In this document: positions 1-12,399 of the stretch, piece after piece
Layout: each line of letters starts with the position of its first letter
How positions within the stretch are numbered: the stretch's first letter is position 1
Source: Negaprion brevirostris
Lineage: Eukaryota
DNA: 64,000 bases
Assembly (NCBI GenBank): GCA_030324005.1
Contig: JARDVH010000137.1
Location: 6,721,420-6,785,419, forward strand
Reading direction: 5' to 3'
Translations under genes and position numbers: made by a program
Notes under the pieces: model-generated
The model's database searches: none
What the model was told of the DNA's origin: nothing
What the model saw: only the letters and a program-made list of their open reading frames with translations

Positions 1-894
1 AGAACAAGCTGAAGGGACTGAGTGGTCTATTCTTGCTTCTAATTTGTTTGTTCATATATTCATTTGACATTTTTGGGTCTGTTTGATGAGTTGTTGCTTG
101 GGATTAATTGCTACGATTAGTCAATAACTCCATTATTATTATATCATATGACTATTACAATGATTGAAAGTACACTAGAAGCACTTTGATCTTTTATCAT
201 CTATTCCGATGTGAAAATGGAAAAAATCACAGCTCAGTGATTAACTGATCCACCAGGCGAAAGTGTGAAAGTATTGGATTGGTTCCTGAAACTCTGTCAA
301 GGTAAACACTAAATCCAAGATGAGCAAATCACCTCCAGGTAATTTGTTCAGACATGTTTAGGTTTCCTGAGTAGCTGCACAACAGGTAACTCCTTCAGTA
401 TGATACAAGAACCTACACAAAACAGTAAGCAATGCACTGGTGACTTTGATGTCCTACACAACAGTAATTACATCCTCCTCCTGAAGGTATGATTCCTGTA
501 GAAAATATTGGTGACCATGGACACCCACTGGATTGGTCCATGATTATGCTTGAGAAAGTATTCCAGTAGTTTATTCTTTTGTATTTTGATCCATATTACT
601 TCAGGATTACTATTAGTCTCCCATTGACCGATATAGCATGTGTTTTGGAACTCTCCTGCTTGTCTGCAATTAAAAGTACATCCACTCCATTGTCTAACAG
701 CAAGCGAATCCAAACTGTACACAGCACCAGAAGTAATGTGCACTCAGTCATTCTCACTTCTCTATACATCCACATTCTCTACATCCAGTGCATCACCCAA
801 TGAAAGATCACACATTCCTGATCTGCTGTATGTGTGTATCTCCCTTGGTTTTGTTCAAGGGCAGCCTATAGTCTGTCAAATCCAGTAACAATAA

Positions 895-1665
895 AAAAGG
901 ACAAATTTATGTAGCACCATTCACAACGTCAGGATGTCCCAATGTGCTTTAGTGAGTTTTAAGTGAGGTCACTGTTGAAATGTAGAATGCAGCTAATTTG
1001 CACACATGGCCTTACTAACAGCGATGTGATAATGAATAGATCATCTATTTCAATGATGTTAGTTGAGGGATATATATTGTGCAGGGCACAGCGGAGATTT
1101 CTACTGCTCTTATTTGAAATGTGTTCTTGAGAGAGATTCTTCCCGCTCAGAAAGGATAGCAGGACTAGAGGGCACAGCCTCAAGATAAAGGGGGCGCAGT
1201 TTAGAACAGAGTTGAGGAGGAACTTCTTCACTCAAAGGGTGGTGAATCTCTGGAATTCTCTGCCCGNNNNNNNNNNNNNNNNNNNNNNNNNNNNNNNNNN
1301 NNNNNNNNNNNNNNNNNNNNNNNNNNNNNNNNNNNNNNNNNNNNNNNNNNNNNNNNNNNNNNNNNNGCTAAATATATTTAAGTCACGGGTAGATAGGTTT
1401 TTGACAGACAAGGGAATTAAGGGTTATGGGGAGAAAGCGGGAACTGATCCACTTCAGATCAGCCACGATCTTATTGAATGGCGGGGCAGGCTCGAAGGGT
1501 TAGATGGTCTACTCCTGCTCCTATTTCTTATGTTCTTATGTTCTTATAACTTCCTGCATGAAAATGTCAGTCTCGAATTTACACTGTAGTCTCTGGAGTG
1601 GGTTTTTGAATCCACAGTCTTTTGACTCGGAGGTAGGAAATCTACCAACTGAGCCATAGCTGACA
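895..1665. mobile_element. Deu-type SINE (-) interrupted by a CR1 LINE 3' fragment (+, ~1131-1546)
   Basis: CR1 C-terminal peptide RRNFFTQRVVNLWNSLP...FKSRVDRFL with a (TTCTTATG)n tail; SINE sequence on both flanks. Confidence 0.8.
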
Positions 1666-2299
1666 GCATGAGGACAGGATTGGGTCCACAATTATAAAAC
1701 CCAGGAGGGCTTAATCATGAAGAGTGACTGATGAGGCATTAGAGAGAAACCCTACAGCGAAATGTAAGCTAATGAGAACTAAAATACCTTCAGGAGAGGA
1801 TAAGGGCAAGGTGATGGCAGACAAAGGTAGAATAATTCAGATACTTCTAGTTGATTGTTTCAGTCTTACCTGCACTTCTAATGATCACATAAATCAAAGA
1901 ATTCATTATACACATGGAATAAAGTTAATGCACTATAGCAGGCAGGTTGTTGCAATTACGTGTATAAATCTGGGACTATTATAATTAAAAATGATACACA
2001 ATGATTGATGTTCAAAGCAAAATATGCTTAGAAAAATGTCCCTAGTAGCTTGTGGAAATAGAAGACCATTTTATATTTCAAACAGTGCTGCATATTATTG
2101 ATTCAAGCAGTGTAATAAATAATTAGAGAATAGTTGATCCTGGATTGCACACTTTAAATGATTTTGTTTTACAAATTTGAATTGAAAATGAAATTGTGCC
2201 AAAAGCCCCCCTAAATCCCCGTGTTGGACTGAATGATGCACTAGGTGTTTGCCCATGGGACCACGTTTCAAATTAAATGAATAAAATAAAAGACTGTTC

Positions 2300-3820
2300 T
2301 GGTTGTGGACAGGAAACTGCAGGACAAAACGGCTCCTAATTTGGTGATTAGTAGCAATCTCATATGGGGAGCGAAGAGATACCAGATGGTTCATATGTGA
2401 CAAGCAGTATTTTCCAGGGGTCCCAAATTTCACTATATTTATCAATAACTTGGATGGTGGAATACAGAACCCTGTGTCCAAGTTTTCAGATGACACTAAG
2501 TTAGAAAGGACAGTAAGTGTTGCTGATCAGAGCTGGGAGTTGCAAAGAGAAATAGACTAAGTGTGTGAACAAAGCTGTGGCAAATGGAGTTCATGATGGG
2601 CAAGGAGGTGAAAGATAAACCAGAGGCTCCACCATCACCATTCCCAGGCATGTCCTGTTGCACCAACTGGACAGACTCACCAGACATGGTGGCATATTGG
2701 TATGCTGGCAAGAGGGAGTTTCCCTGGGACCTCATGACGTCTCACAGCATCAAGTCATATGGGCAAGGATCTCCTGCTGGTTACCACGTGCCAAACCCCC
2801 TCAGCTGATGGATGAATCAGTATCCATAATTAATGAACACCACTTTGAGGAAGCTCTGAGGGCGGAAAGGGCACAGAATGTTTTCTGGACAGGGTTCTTC
2901 ACTGTCCATCACCAAGATGTCTTGGTCACACCAGTACTGACCAAGCTGACTGAATCCTAAAGGACATAACTGCTGTACTGGTTCTTCAGCAGGTGGTGAG
3001 AAAACAACAAGAGAGAAAGACAAAGTCCTGATTTCACACTGAGGGAAAACCTCCGTCATGTTGTGTAGACCTTCACCGTGCCAAATGGGATAGATATAAA
3101 ACAGACCGAGCAATTCAAACAGGACATCCTTAGGCCATCAGCAGCAGCAGAATTGTGTTCAACCACAATCTGCAACCTCATAACTCACTCTACCTTTACC
3201 ATCAAAATGGGGGTTCAGTGAAGAGTGCCCCAGAACGTGCCAAGAGCAGTACCGGGCATTCCTAAAAAACTTATGTCACCCAGTGAAACTACAACACAGG
3301 ATTATTTACATGCCAAACAGTGAAATCAGCATACCATAGGTAAAGTGATCCCACAACGAGCATATCAGCTTTGAGCTCTGTTGTCCTGCCACGTCCAACT
3401 GTGATTGGTGGTNNNNNNNNNNNNNNNNNNNNNNNNNNNNNNNNNNNNNNNNNNNNNNNNNNNNNNNNNNNNNNNNNNNNNNNNNNNNNNNNNNNNNNNN
3501 NNNNNNNNNNNNNNNNNNNNNNNNNNNNNNNNNNNNNNNNNNNNNNNNNNNNNNNNNNNNNNNNNNNNNNNNNNNNNNNNNNNNNNNNNNNNNNNCAGCA
3601 AATTCAATTCCACATGATATCAAGGAATGGTTGAAGGCATTAGATACCTCAAAGGCTATGGGCCCTGTCAATATTTTGGCAACAGTAATGAGGCCTTGTG
3701 CTCCAGAATTAGCCATGCCCTAACCAAGTTATTCTTGTAAGCCATAAACCAGGCATTTACCCAGCAATGTGAAAATTTGCCTAGGTATGTCCTCCTGTCG
3801 ACAGAAATCAGAACAAACCT
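2300..3820 (+). mobile_element. Decayed CR1/L2-group LINE fragments
   Basis: Remnant SKFSDDTKL of the RT motif at ~2480; AP-endonuclease-like remnant RAQNVFWTGFFTVHHQ in ORF 2658..2960. Related copies at 31560-32380 (+) and 53800-55640 (-). Confidence 0.7.
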
Positions 3821-5003
3821 GTGATGACAGCGATGTAAAAGGTGCACAGTTTGACTGGCCCTACTACTCTAAAGTCATGTCATTCGTTTAAAAGTTTAAT
3901 TCACTCACTCAAAATGGCCAATTATTTACCTTTGCAATTGTTAGACTCAGAATAAAAGTCTTCAAACTTACTCGTATCACTAAATTCAGAATGATTGATT
4001 TATTGTGAAATAAAACTTCTTTCTTAAATCAAGTTGTAAGAACTAGTTAACCCACAATTATAATCTGAAAGTATTTACCCCTTTTAAATTTTCCTAATAT
4101 ACAAACAAAAAATGGCAAACACGTATGGGTTTCTGCAGAGATGAGGGCAGTTGAAAGAAAAAGATAAAATTCATAGGCTTCAATGCTGTCAATCTGGAGT
4201 TCTCTTGTGTGTAGACAGATCACTGACCTGGAAGTCCTCACCAATAGAGCTTTGACACAGAGGAGAATATGGCCAGATCAACCCTTCTTGTTCTCAGCCT
4301 CTTGGGTTTTCTAAAGACAGACAAGTTCCACTGAGATAAGGATTCCTATCTGGATACTGTTAACCCCTCTATATCAGGCAAGGAGAATGTGCGCTGGGCT
4401 GCTTCTCACTTTCTCAGTTCAGTCCCAGTTGAATTCAAAAAAAACAAGTTCAAATCTTAAAAGCTCATCCCTGTCACATGATTTCTGGTAAATCACTAGC
4501 CTTTGCTTTTTAACCAAGCTTTTTTCTCCATCAATTAAAATAATTGCAGTGCAAGTAAGCAAATAGCTTTTCCCTTTTCCAGTACCAGGTCCAAATTTAT
4601 GACCTTTATGTAAAAAAATCCAAGTACCCAAATAATCTCCTTCTAAATTTTAGAAAAATACAGTTGGTGAAGATATGGTTTTCCTGAAATGCCTCTGTGC
4701 TTCAGAAATAAAACATCATTTCCAAATCCATTTAATTATAGAATGCACAAGAAAGGTATACACAATATATAAACATCATTATAACATGCATTTGTTCAGC
4801 CTTTCACTCCTTACTCAGAGTCTGTATGGTTTTCTCTGATTTCTTTGTTTTCCAGATAATTGTATAAAAATTACATTCTTGATAATTGCATCTGCAATTA
4901 CATTATCCCTTCCAGCAATATGAACAATTGTTAAGTTGCACTGCTGTATAAGAGCAGTCTGTCATTCTGAGCCTTCATTTTTTTCACAGAAGTCAAGGAA
5001 TTA

Positions 5004-5680
5004 CGGGCAGCATGGTGGCACAGTGGTTAGCAATGTTGCTTCACAGCGCCAGGGAGCTGGGTTCAATTCTGGGTGACTGTCTGCATGGAGTTTGCATGTT
5101 TTCCCTGTGTCTGTGTGGGTTTCCTCTGGGTGCTCCAGTTTTCTCCCACACTCCAAAGATNNNNNNNNNNNNNNNNNNNNNNNNNNNNNNNNNNNNNNNN
5201 NNNNNNNNNNNNNNNNNNNNNNNNNNNNNNNNNNNNNNNNNNNNNNNNNNNNNNNNNNNNTGACTCCTGGTTTGGGTCGCTGCCTATTTTGAGGTTGGGT
5301 GGAATGACCATGCTAAATTGCCCCTCAGGCTGGAATTTTACCGGCACACCCACCCCAGAATCGGGACAGTCCAGGCTCGCAAAATTGTTTGCGTCCTCTG
5401 TTGGCGTTGAGCTGGATCATACAAGTCTCGGGCAGACGAAGCAATAGAATTCCAGTGTTAGTGTCCAAAGATATGTAGGTTAGATAGATTGGCCATGCTA
5501 AATTGCCCCTTAGTGCCCAAAGATGTGTAGGTTAGGTGGGTTGACCATTAAATGTGTGGGGTTATGGAGATAGGGTGGGGGAAAGATCCTGGATAAGGTA
5601 CTTTGTCAGAGAGTGGGTGCAGATTCAATGGGCCAAATGGCCTGTTCCGCACTGGAGGGATTCTCTGGATTCCATGAATT
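5004..5680 (+). mobile_element. tRNA-derived V-SINE (HE1-like) cluster with tandem internal segments and a nested MITE
   Basis: A/B box-like head ggcagcatggtggcacagtggttagc...gggttcaattc; V-domain tgtgtgggtttcctc; CR1-like tail. Confidence 0.85.
5328..5457. mobile_element. Short MITE, PIF/Harbinger-like
   Basis: TIRs ggctggaatttta / tagaattccagtg; flanks TCA/TTA; interrupts a SINE at ccccttagtgtcc. Confidence 0.6.
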
Positions 5681-5689
5681 ATGATTAGT

Positions 5690-7110
5690 ATACACTAATG
5701 TTTCTCTACACTCTTGACAGAGAGCCAGTAACATTCCCAGGGTTTCCTTTTCTAGTGTAGAAGTGTGTTTCTTGATGCTGATTTATTTATATACAGAAGC
5801 ACCTCATTGGTTTCTCCCAGCCTGATTCACTTTCTTGCAATAGGACTGCACTCATCCCCAAGTCACCAGCATCGATTGCTGCCCTTAAGGTTTTAATGAA
5901 ATCAGGAGCGGCTAACACAGCTTCATTAGTTTCCATCCTCTCAAAAGTTATCTGGGACTCTCGTGTCCATATCACCTTTACATTATTTTGCAATAAATCC
6001 TTTGGTGAAGCAAATATTGTGCTGAAGTTTGGCACAAGCATTGAAGCCACGAATTCATAAAAAAATCTCCTGATTTTCCATTTAGGATTAGGAACAGGGG
6101 TTGCGTCAAAACCTAGACTTTCGCTGTTCTTGGCTCCTTCCCTATAATATGTCCTAGATAAGTTATTTGCGTTTTTGTGAACTTACTCTTGGCAAGGTTT
6201 CTTACTCGATCTGCCAACCGTGGTTACCAATTCTACATGTTGATGTAAACCAGTGCATCATCCCAGTAAACTACACGGTTAGAAACACTAATTACAATTT
6301 GATTCTTTGGAAAATTGGAGCATTCTTTTTAGCCCGAGTGGCATTTCTCGGTAATGGTGCAGCACAGTCGGTGTGACAAAAACCGACATCTCCTTAGTTT
6401 GCGATGTTGAAGCTACTTGTCAGTATCCTCTCAATAAATTGATCTTAGTAAGAAAGATGGCACTGCCAACCCTGTCAATACAACCTTCTAAACCAGGGAT
6501 TGGGTAAGAATCTGGTTTTGTTACTACATCAACCAATGCAGAATCTGGTTGACCCACCAGGTTTGGGCACTAACACTACCCCATAACTCCATCTGCTTTC
6601 TCTGGATACAATTAGACGATTTTCTAACATTCATTGAATTTCTGTCTTCACCCCAGCTTGTTTCTCCGGAGTTTAACAATAAGGATGTTGGACTATTGAA
6701 GAAAATTCTCCTCACTCCGCACACACATGTCTAAAGTTGTACATTCGGATTATCCTCACGGGTTTCTTTAAATTCTAGTAAGTAACTTTACTAGATCTTT
6801 TCATTATCCTGTGACTAAGTATGAAAATACGATGTCTAACTGTCCTAATATTTCAGAGTTAGCTACCTGGATGGTAGGAGGTTCAATTTGTAAATTAGGT
6901 CTCCTTGCGCCTCACTCTCTCTGTCTCTCACATCCTCCACTGTCCTTATTCTCTGACATAGCTGCCCCATCTCCTCCCTACGATGGTATTGCTTTAACAT
7001 ATTGACAAGACCCATTTATATGACATATAAAAAATCCTAACTTTTAAGCCGATATTAAATAAGCCAATGACATTATTTATTGAAGAGTGTAGTCTCTCCT
7101 AAGGTCCTGG
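5690..7110 (-). mobile_element. Gypsy LTR retrotransposon gag-pol remnant
   Basis: ORF 5787..6050 (VPNFSTI..VLAAPDF..IDAGDLGMSAVLLQE..EKP) is an RT-connection/RNase H motif set. A possible LTR lies at ~3820-4786 (TGT...ACA). Confidence 0.75.
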
Positions 7111-8109
7111 CTAAAATTTCTCCCCAAACAAATATTGCCAAACAAGATTAAGTAGTCCTCTTTTCAGTTAGTGTGTGTGAACCTTTGCAGGGTGCAGCTG
7201 AGAGCTCCGATTCGATCCCCTTGCTCCCCAAACAAACACGGCAGCAACAACTCTTTGAAGGGAATGAAATGATTATAAAATGTTCGAGAAATTCTGAAGG
7301 CATGACACAGTAAAGGGCAAGGTAAATGCAAGTTATTTCTTCAATTACAAATAATCTCTCAATCGGAGAAATAAGTTATTCTGGGGACCTTGCATCAAAC
7401 GCTGAGAATTGTGATCTTTCTATCCCCCTCCCCCCACTTCTCTTGTTGTCAATGATCTGCTTTTCCATTTCTTTCTTCAAAAGTACACAGAGTGCGTTTC
7501 CCTGCCTTTCTTCATAAAATTAATTTGCATCCCAAATGCAAGAACCTCTTATTGGCGAATTTCCTGACAAGTTGCTCATGCTTCGTCAGAGCGGACGATG
7601 GCCCCTGCATTTGCCACAAGAGCGACATATGCCCCACCTGGGATCATACAGAACAGGCGACCAGTTCGTTGTGCCTTTGTCACCTTTTGACAGATTTATC
7701 CATAACCTACTCCCCTGCTCTTTTCCCATTGCGCGCTCATCCTCCAATGACAATTCTATATAACAACTTGCTGGAAAAATAATTTGAATACAATATAACA
7801 TGCCTAACAGTGGATCAGGAGCAGCATGATTTGTAATAATTAAGAATTGATTTTGCTTGTTAATCTTTGTGTCCATTTCCAACCTAAAGTTTATTTATGT
7901 TTGATAGAAAGTTGATAATCAGAAATAAATACTGGCATAAAATACACATTTTTCAGTAACTCTAACGCCATATCACATGACTATGGCTGAGAGTGAAGAT
8001 TTTTTATAAGAGGACGATATTGAAGGACAATATTTAAGGACAATATAGAAAACAGACACTGGAAGAGCCTGTTTCCTGATGATTCAAGGTTTGCCCCCCT
8101 TCACAGAAA

Positions 8110-9010
8110 CAACACAACTTTTTATTTATATAGCAACTTTAATGTCCAAAGTGCTTCATAAGAGCATGAAATACAAAATTTGACACTGACCTACTTAAGA
8201 ACAATTATGGGTGGGGAGTAAATGCTGGTCTTACCAGGAATGCCCACATTCTATGAATAAAAAAAGTTAAAGTTTATGTATTAGTCACAAGTAAGGCTTA
8301 CATTAACACTGCAATGAAGTTACTGTGAAATTCCCCTAGCTGCCACAGTCCAGCGCCCATTTGGGTACACTGAGGGAGAATTTAGCATGGCCAATGCATC
8401 TGATCAGCACATCCTTGAGACTGTGGGAGGAAGCCAGAGCACCTGGAGGAAACCCATGCAAACATGGGGAGAGCATGCAAACTCCACACAGATAGTGACC
8501 CAAGCCAGGAATTGAACTCGGGTCCTTGTGAAGCAGCCATGCTAACCACCGTGCTACTGTGAATAAAAAAGGACAATATTAGCTCAGATGCCTGACAGCT
8601 TGGTTAAAGTCATTGGTCTTTTTGAAGCATCTTAAATGTGGAAAGAGAGAGAGAATATCTTTAAAACAGAGATGGTTAGGTTCTTGGTTAATAAGGGGAT
8701 CAGGGATTATGGGGAAAAGGCAGGAGAACGGGAATGAGAAAAATATCAGCCATGATTGGATCATGGAGCAGACTCGATGGGCCGAGTGGCATAGTTCTGC
8801 TCCTATGTCTTATGGGCTATGAGCTTATGGAGAGAGGGAAACAGAAGGGTTCAGGAAGGGCGTTCCAGAGCAATTATGATGCTCAAGAAGCAGAAATTAG
8901 GTGAGCACAGTTACCTCTAAAGATTGTGGCACTGGAGGAAATTATTGGGATGGGGGTGGATAATGTCATGGGGGTACTTGAAAACAAGTAGAGAATTTTA
9001 AAATCTTAAC
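8110..9010 (-). mobile_element. L2 LINE 3' remnant with nested V-SINE (8265-8560) and CR1 tail (8655-8828)
   Basis: Reverse complement of the L2 3' sequence seen at 62570-63200; SINE head and tail are recognisable. Confidence 0.65.
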
Positions 9011-9179
9011 ATTTTTAAATAAATGGTAGTAGCTACCAGTGGAAGGAAGTATAAATAACATTGAGAATTGAGTCATGTTAAACATTTAAAAATATGGGCT
9101 TGCTTCAATCAATTTGATCAAGAACATTTATAACTCCGATCACAACTTTAATTTTTGAAAAAAGCTTGTTTCGTAACTA

Positions 9180-9700
9180 TAGGATGTCCCAAAGCACTTT
9201 ACAGCCAATGAAGTACTTTTGAAATGTAGTCACTGTTGCAACAAACCTGCACTAAGTCCTACAAACAATATAACAATGACCAGATAATTGGTGATATTTT
9301 AGTTATGTTGATTGGGAGATAAACATTGGCCAGGACATCAGACAGAATTCCCTTGCTGTTTTTCAAAGCAGTGCCATGGGAATTTTTTACATCTGCCAAT
9401 ATTTTACATCTGGGCTTGAGTTTAACACATCTGGAAAACAGCACTTCTGACAGTGCAGCACCCCTTCACTACTACGCCAGTGTCACCCTCGGTTTTTGTG
9501 CTCAAGGCCAGAATTTTCTAACCATTCCTGCCAATGGGATTTTCCCATCCCATTGCAGTGAACCAAGATTCGGCGGGCCACCAAATTCACTGCGGCAGGA
9601 GTGTGACATGAACGGGCGGTAGAATTGAGCCCCAAGTTTTTGGAATAGGATTGGAACTTATGATTTACTGATTTTGAAATCAGAGGGTTGCCAACAGTGA
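9180..9700 (-). mobile_element. Deu-domain SINE (SacSINE-like)
   Basis: Core gtgccatgggaattttttac...tttaacacatctggaaaacagcacttctgacagtgcagcac. Related copies at 20190-20540, 22890-23290 and 57410-57600. Confidence 0.75.
9506..9632. mobile_element. Short MITE, PIF/Harbinger-like
   Basis: Ends ggccagaattttcta / tagaattgagccc; 3-bp TSD CAA; interrupts a Deu-SINE. Confidence 0.65.
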
Positions 9701-9865
9701 CGACAAAAAGTAACATTATCTCTTTTAAACGTGTTCCTGCTATGATTCCTGTATGCTTTGCTCATCAGCACCATTCCGCAATGGCCTAAGTGACTGTGGA
9801 AAACTCAATGACTTTAGAGAAGCAAACTCAACCTCAGGAAATTATACAGAACGTTATGGATAATG

Positions 9866-10140
9866 GTTTATTACTTATTTATTTAGTAAATGCAAAGTCC
9901 GTAAGCCAAGCAGTTTCTATCAGTCCTGCCATGTTGAGTTCAGATACATCTCTGCTGAGTCTGTAGATTGGACACTTTTCTATGATGTGATGCCTGGTAT
10001 GCTGTCTCCTACAGGTGGCTGACATAATGCCCGATCTGTGGAGATTAGCCAAGCAGGGGCCATGGCTGGTCCTGTACCTGTTGAGAGTAGGCAACTTTAT
10101 CCTTGGAAGGTCGAAACCAGGCAACTGTCAGGTTGGTTGT
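9866..10140 (-). mobile_element. Vingi/Ingi-like non-LTR retrotransposon 3' end
   Basis: ORF 9879..10124 (PGFDLPR..TLNRYRTSHGPC..C..HIIEKCP) followed by a (TAAA)n-like tail. Confidence 0.6.
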
Positions 10141-10849
10141 AAACCAGATTGCAATCTTGGTGAGCTATTTTAATAGCTCCAATCTCAAGGAAACTTTGTG
10201 CCAATATGTTTTTTGGCCACGAGTTCTCATGGACTAAGAGATTATGGCATCACTCTGGTGCATGAATAACAGGACCCCTTGTAATATTTATTTATAGAGG
10301 TTACAGCGCCACCCCAAGGAGGGATTTTATTTTAATAACAAGTTAAATATGACTTCTTCAGTTTTAGGACACCAAAGCTACAAAGGGTGTAATCTCAGTG
10401 CTTTGTATATTATGTATTACTACAATACAAAAGGTTTCATACAAGGTAACTAAATGGATTATAAACATCCATAACATTCATTGGTGCAACTTTGAATTTG
10501 GTCATTGATATATTTCTTACTTTCAGGTATCTGGGTTAATCTCACATCACTGCGGAGCACGTTTGCTGGAGTCAGAAGGTTGTAGGTTTGGGTTCCATTC
10601 CTGATACAAGGACATAATCTAGATTAGTACCCGGGAGATGTTGCCCTCTGGGATGTACTATCTTTCAGGTGTCCCAGAGGATGTAAAACTTGTTAAACCT
10701 GGTGTTGTCAGACTTCTTACTGTGTTTACTCCAGTCCAACGCCGGCATCTCCACATCATGATGTAAAACTTCCCAGAGCGTATTTGTAGAACGTGGCCTC
10801 CTACCGTGTGCCATGGCCAACATTTATCCCTTAACCAACATCACTAAAA

Positions 10850-11545
10850 TAGACAAAAGCAAATTACTACAGATGTTGGAACCTGAAACCAAAAGAGAAA
10901 ATGCTGGAAAATCTCAGCAGGTCTGGCAGCATCTGTGAGGAGAGGAAAGAGCTGACATTGAGTCCAGACAATTCTTTCAAAACCAGAAGTCATAACAAGC
11001 GGGAGATATTTATATTTCAGGATGAGAGAATGAACATAGAACATAGAACATTACAGTGCAGAACAGGCCCTTCGGCCCACGATGTTGCGCCGACCAGTTA
11101 AAAAGCAANNNNNNNNNNNNNNNNNNNNNNNNNNNNNNNNNNNNNNNNNNNNNNNNNNNNNNNNNNNNNNNNNNNNNNNNNNNNNNNNNNNNNNNNNNNN
11201 NNNNNNNNGTTATGGGGAGAGGGCGGGAATGTGGAACTGAGCCATGACAGATCAGCCATGATCTTATTGAATGGTGGGGCAGGCTGGGAGGGCTAGATGG
11301 CCTACTCCTGCTCCTATTTCTTACGTTCTGATGTTGTTGAATTTGATGTTGAGACTGGAAGGCTGTAAAGTGCCAAGCTGGAAGACGGGATGCTGTTCCT
11401 TCCAGTGAAGCTCAACACAAACTGCACATTGCAGCAGGCCAAGGACAGACATGTGGGCATAGGGGCAGGATCATGTGTTAAAATGGCAAGCAACAAGGTC
11501 AGGGTCCTGACTGTGCACAGACCAAAGGTGCTCAGCAAAGTGATC
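10850..11545 (-). mobile_element. Penelope-like 3' fragment with nested CR1 tails
   Basis: The end motif aaagcaaattactacagatgttggaacctgaaacc...gctggaaaatctcagcaggtctggcagcatctg recurs at 12410, 42840 (inverse) and 53450. Confidence 0.65.
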
Positions 11546-11809
11546 ACTAAAATAGACTATTTGTTTGTCTCACTTGCTTTTGTTAAATCTTCACATGCCA
11601 ACATTGGGCATTGTTTTACCTACATCATGTCAGTTTTATATTTCAAAAGTACTTAATTGGCTGCAAAGTGCTTTGGGACATCCTGAAGGAAAGGGCAAAT
11701 TTTGAAATATAAATTTTTCTTCCTCTTTTTAATTTCTCAACCATTGCTGTCACAGCTGTTCATTACATTTCATCATGCAGGCACATTCGCCTTTATCTAC
11801 TTCTCAGCC

Positions 11810-12185
11810 ATAGAATCCCCTACAGCACAGCAGGCCATTTGCCCCATTTTCACTGACTCTCTGACACAGTATCTTGCCCAGGCCCTCTCCTCACACCCTA
11901 TTCCCATAATCCCACACATATACCATGGCTAATTCATCTAACCTACATATCTTGGGATACTAATGGGCAATTGAGTATGGCCAATCTACCTGACTTGTGC
12001 ATCTTTGAACTATGAGAGGAAACAAGAGAACCAGAAGGAAACCCATGCAGACACAGGGAGAATATGCAAACACCACATGACAGTTACCCAAGGCTGGAAT
12101 TGAAGCTGGGTCTACAATCCTTACGGTACAGAAGGCAGCCTTGGCACTGTAAGGCAGTGGTACTAACTGTTGCGACTTTGTCCCA
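11810..12185 (-). mobile_element. V-SINE
   Basis: Reverse of the SINE body (gaggaaac...acccatgcagacacagggag). Confidence 0.75.
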
Positions 12186-12399
12186 TCGTGTTGACTCAGA
12201 ACTAAGCACCAATAGTGCTTTTTTAGAAAGAAAATGAATCAGATCCGTCACTTTTTTGCTTGGGCGAGTTCAACACCTATCGCATTAGTAATTCCTTTTA
12301 TCGAATGACATTTCAGTACAGGCTGATCACAATTTAACTTAATAGCCTCCAATCTAATGTCCAAAAGGTTCACAAGAGGGTATTAGTTTTGTAAGCAAT

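Noticed and set aside
5004-5075. tRNA-like A/B boxes
   Set aside because: These are SINE heads, not tRNA genes; no cloverleaf is apparent.
7492-7882. Overlapping ORFs in CpG-retaining sequence, considered as a possible HELZ exon or new gene
   Set aside because: No recognisable protein similarity, and part of it resembles a decayed reverse CR1 tail.
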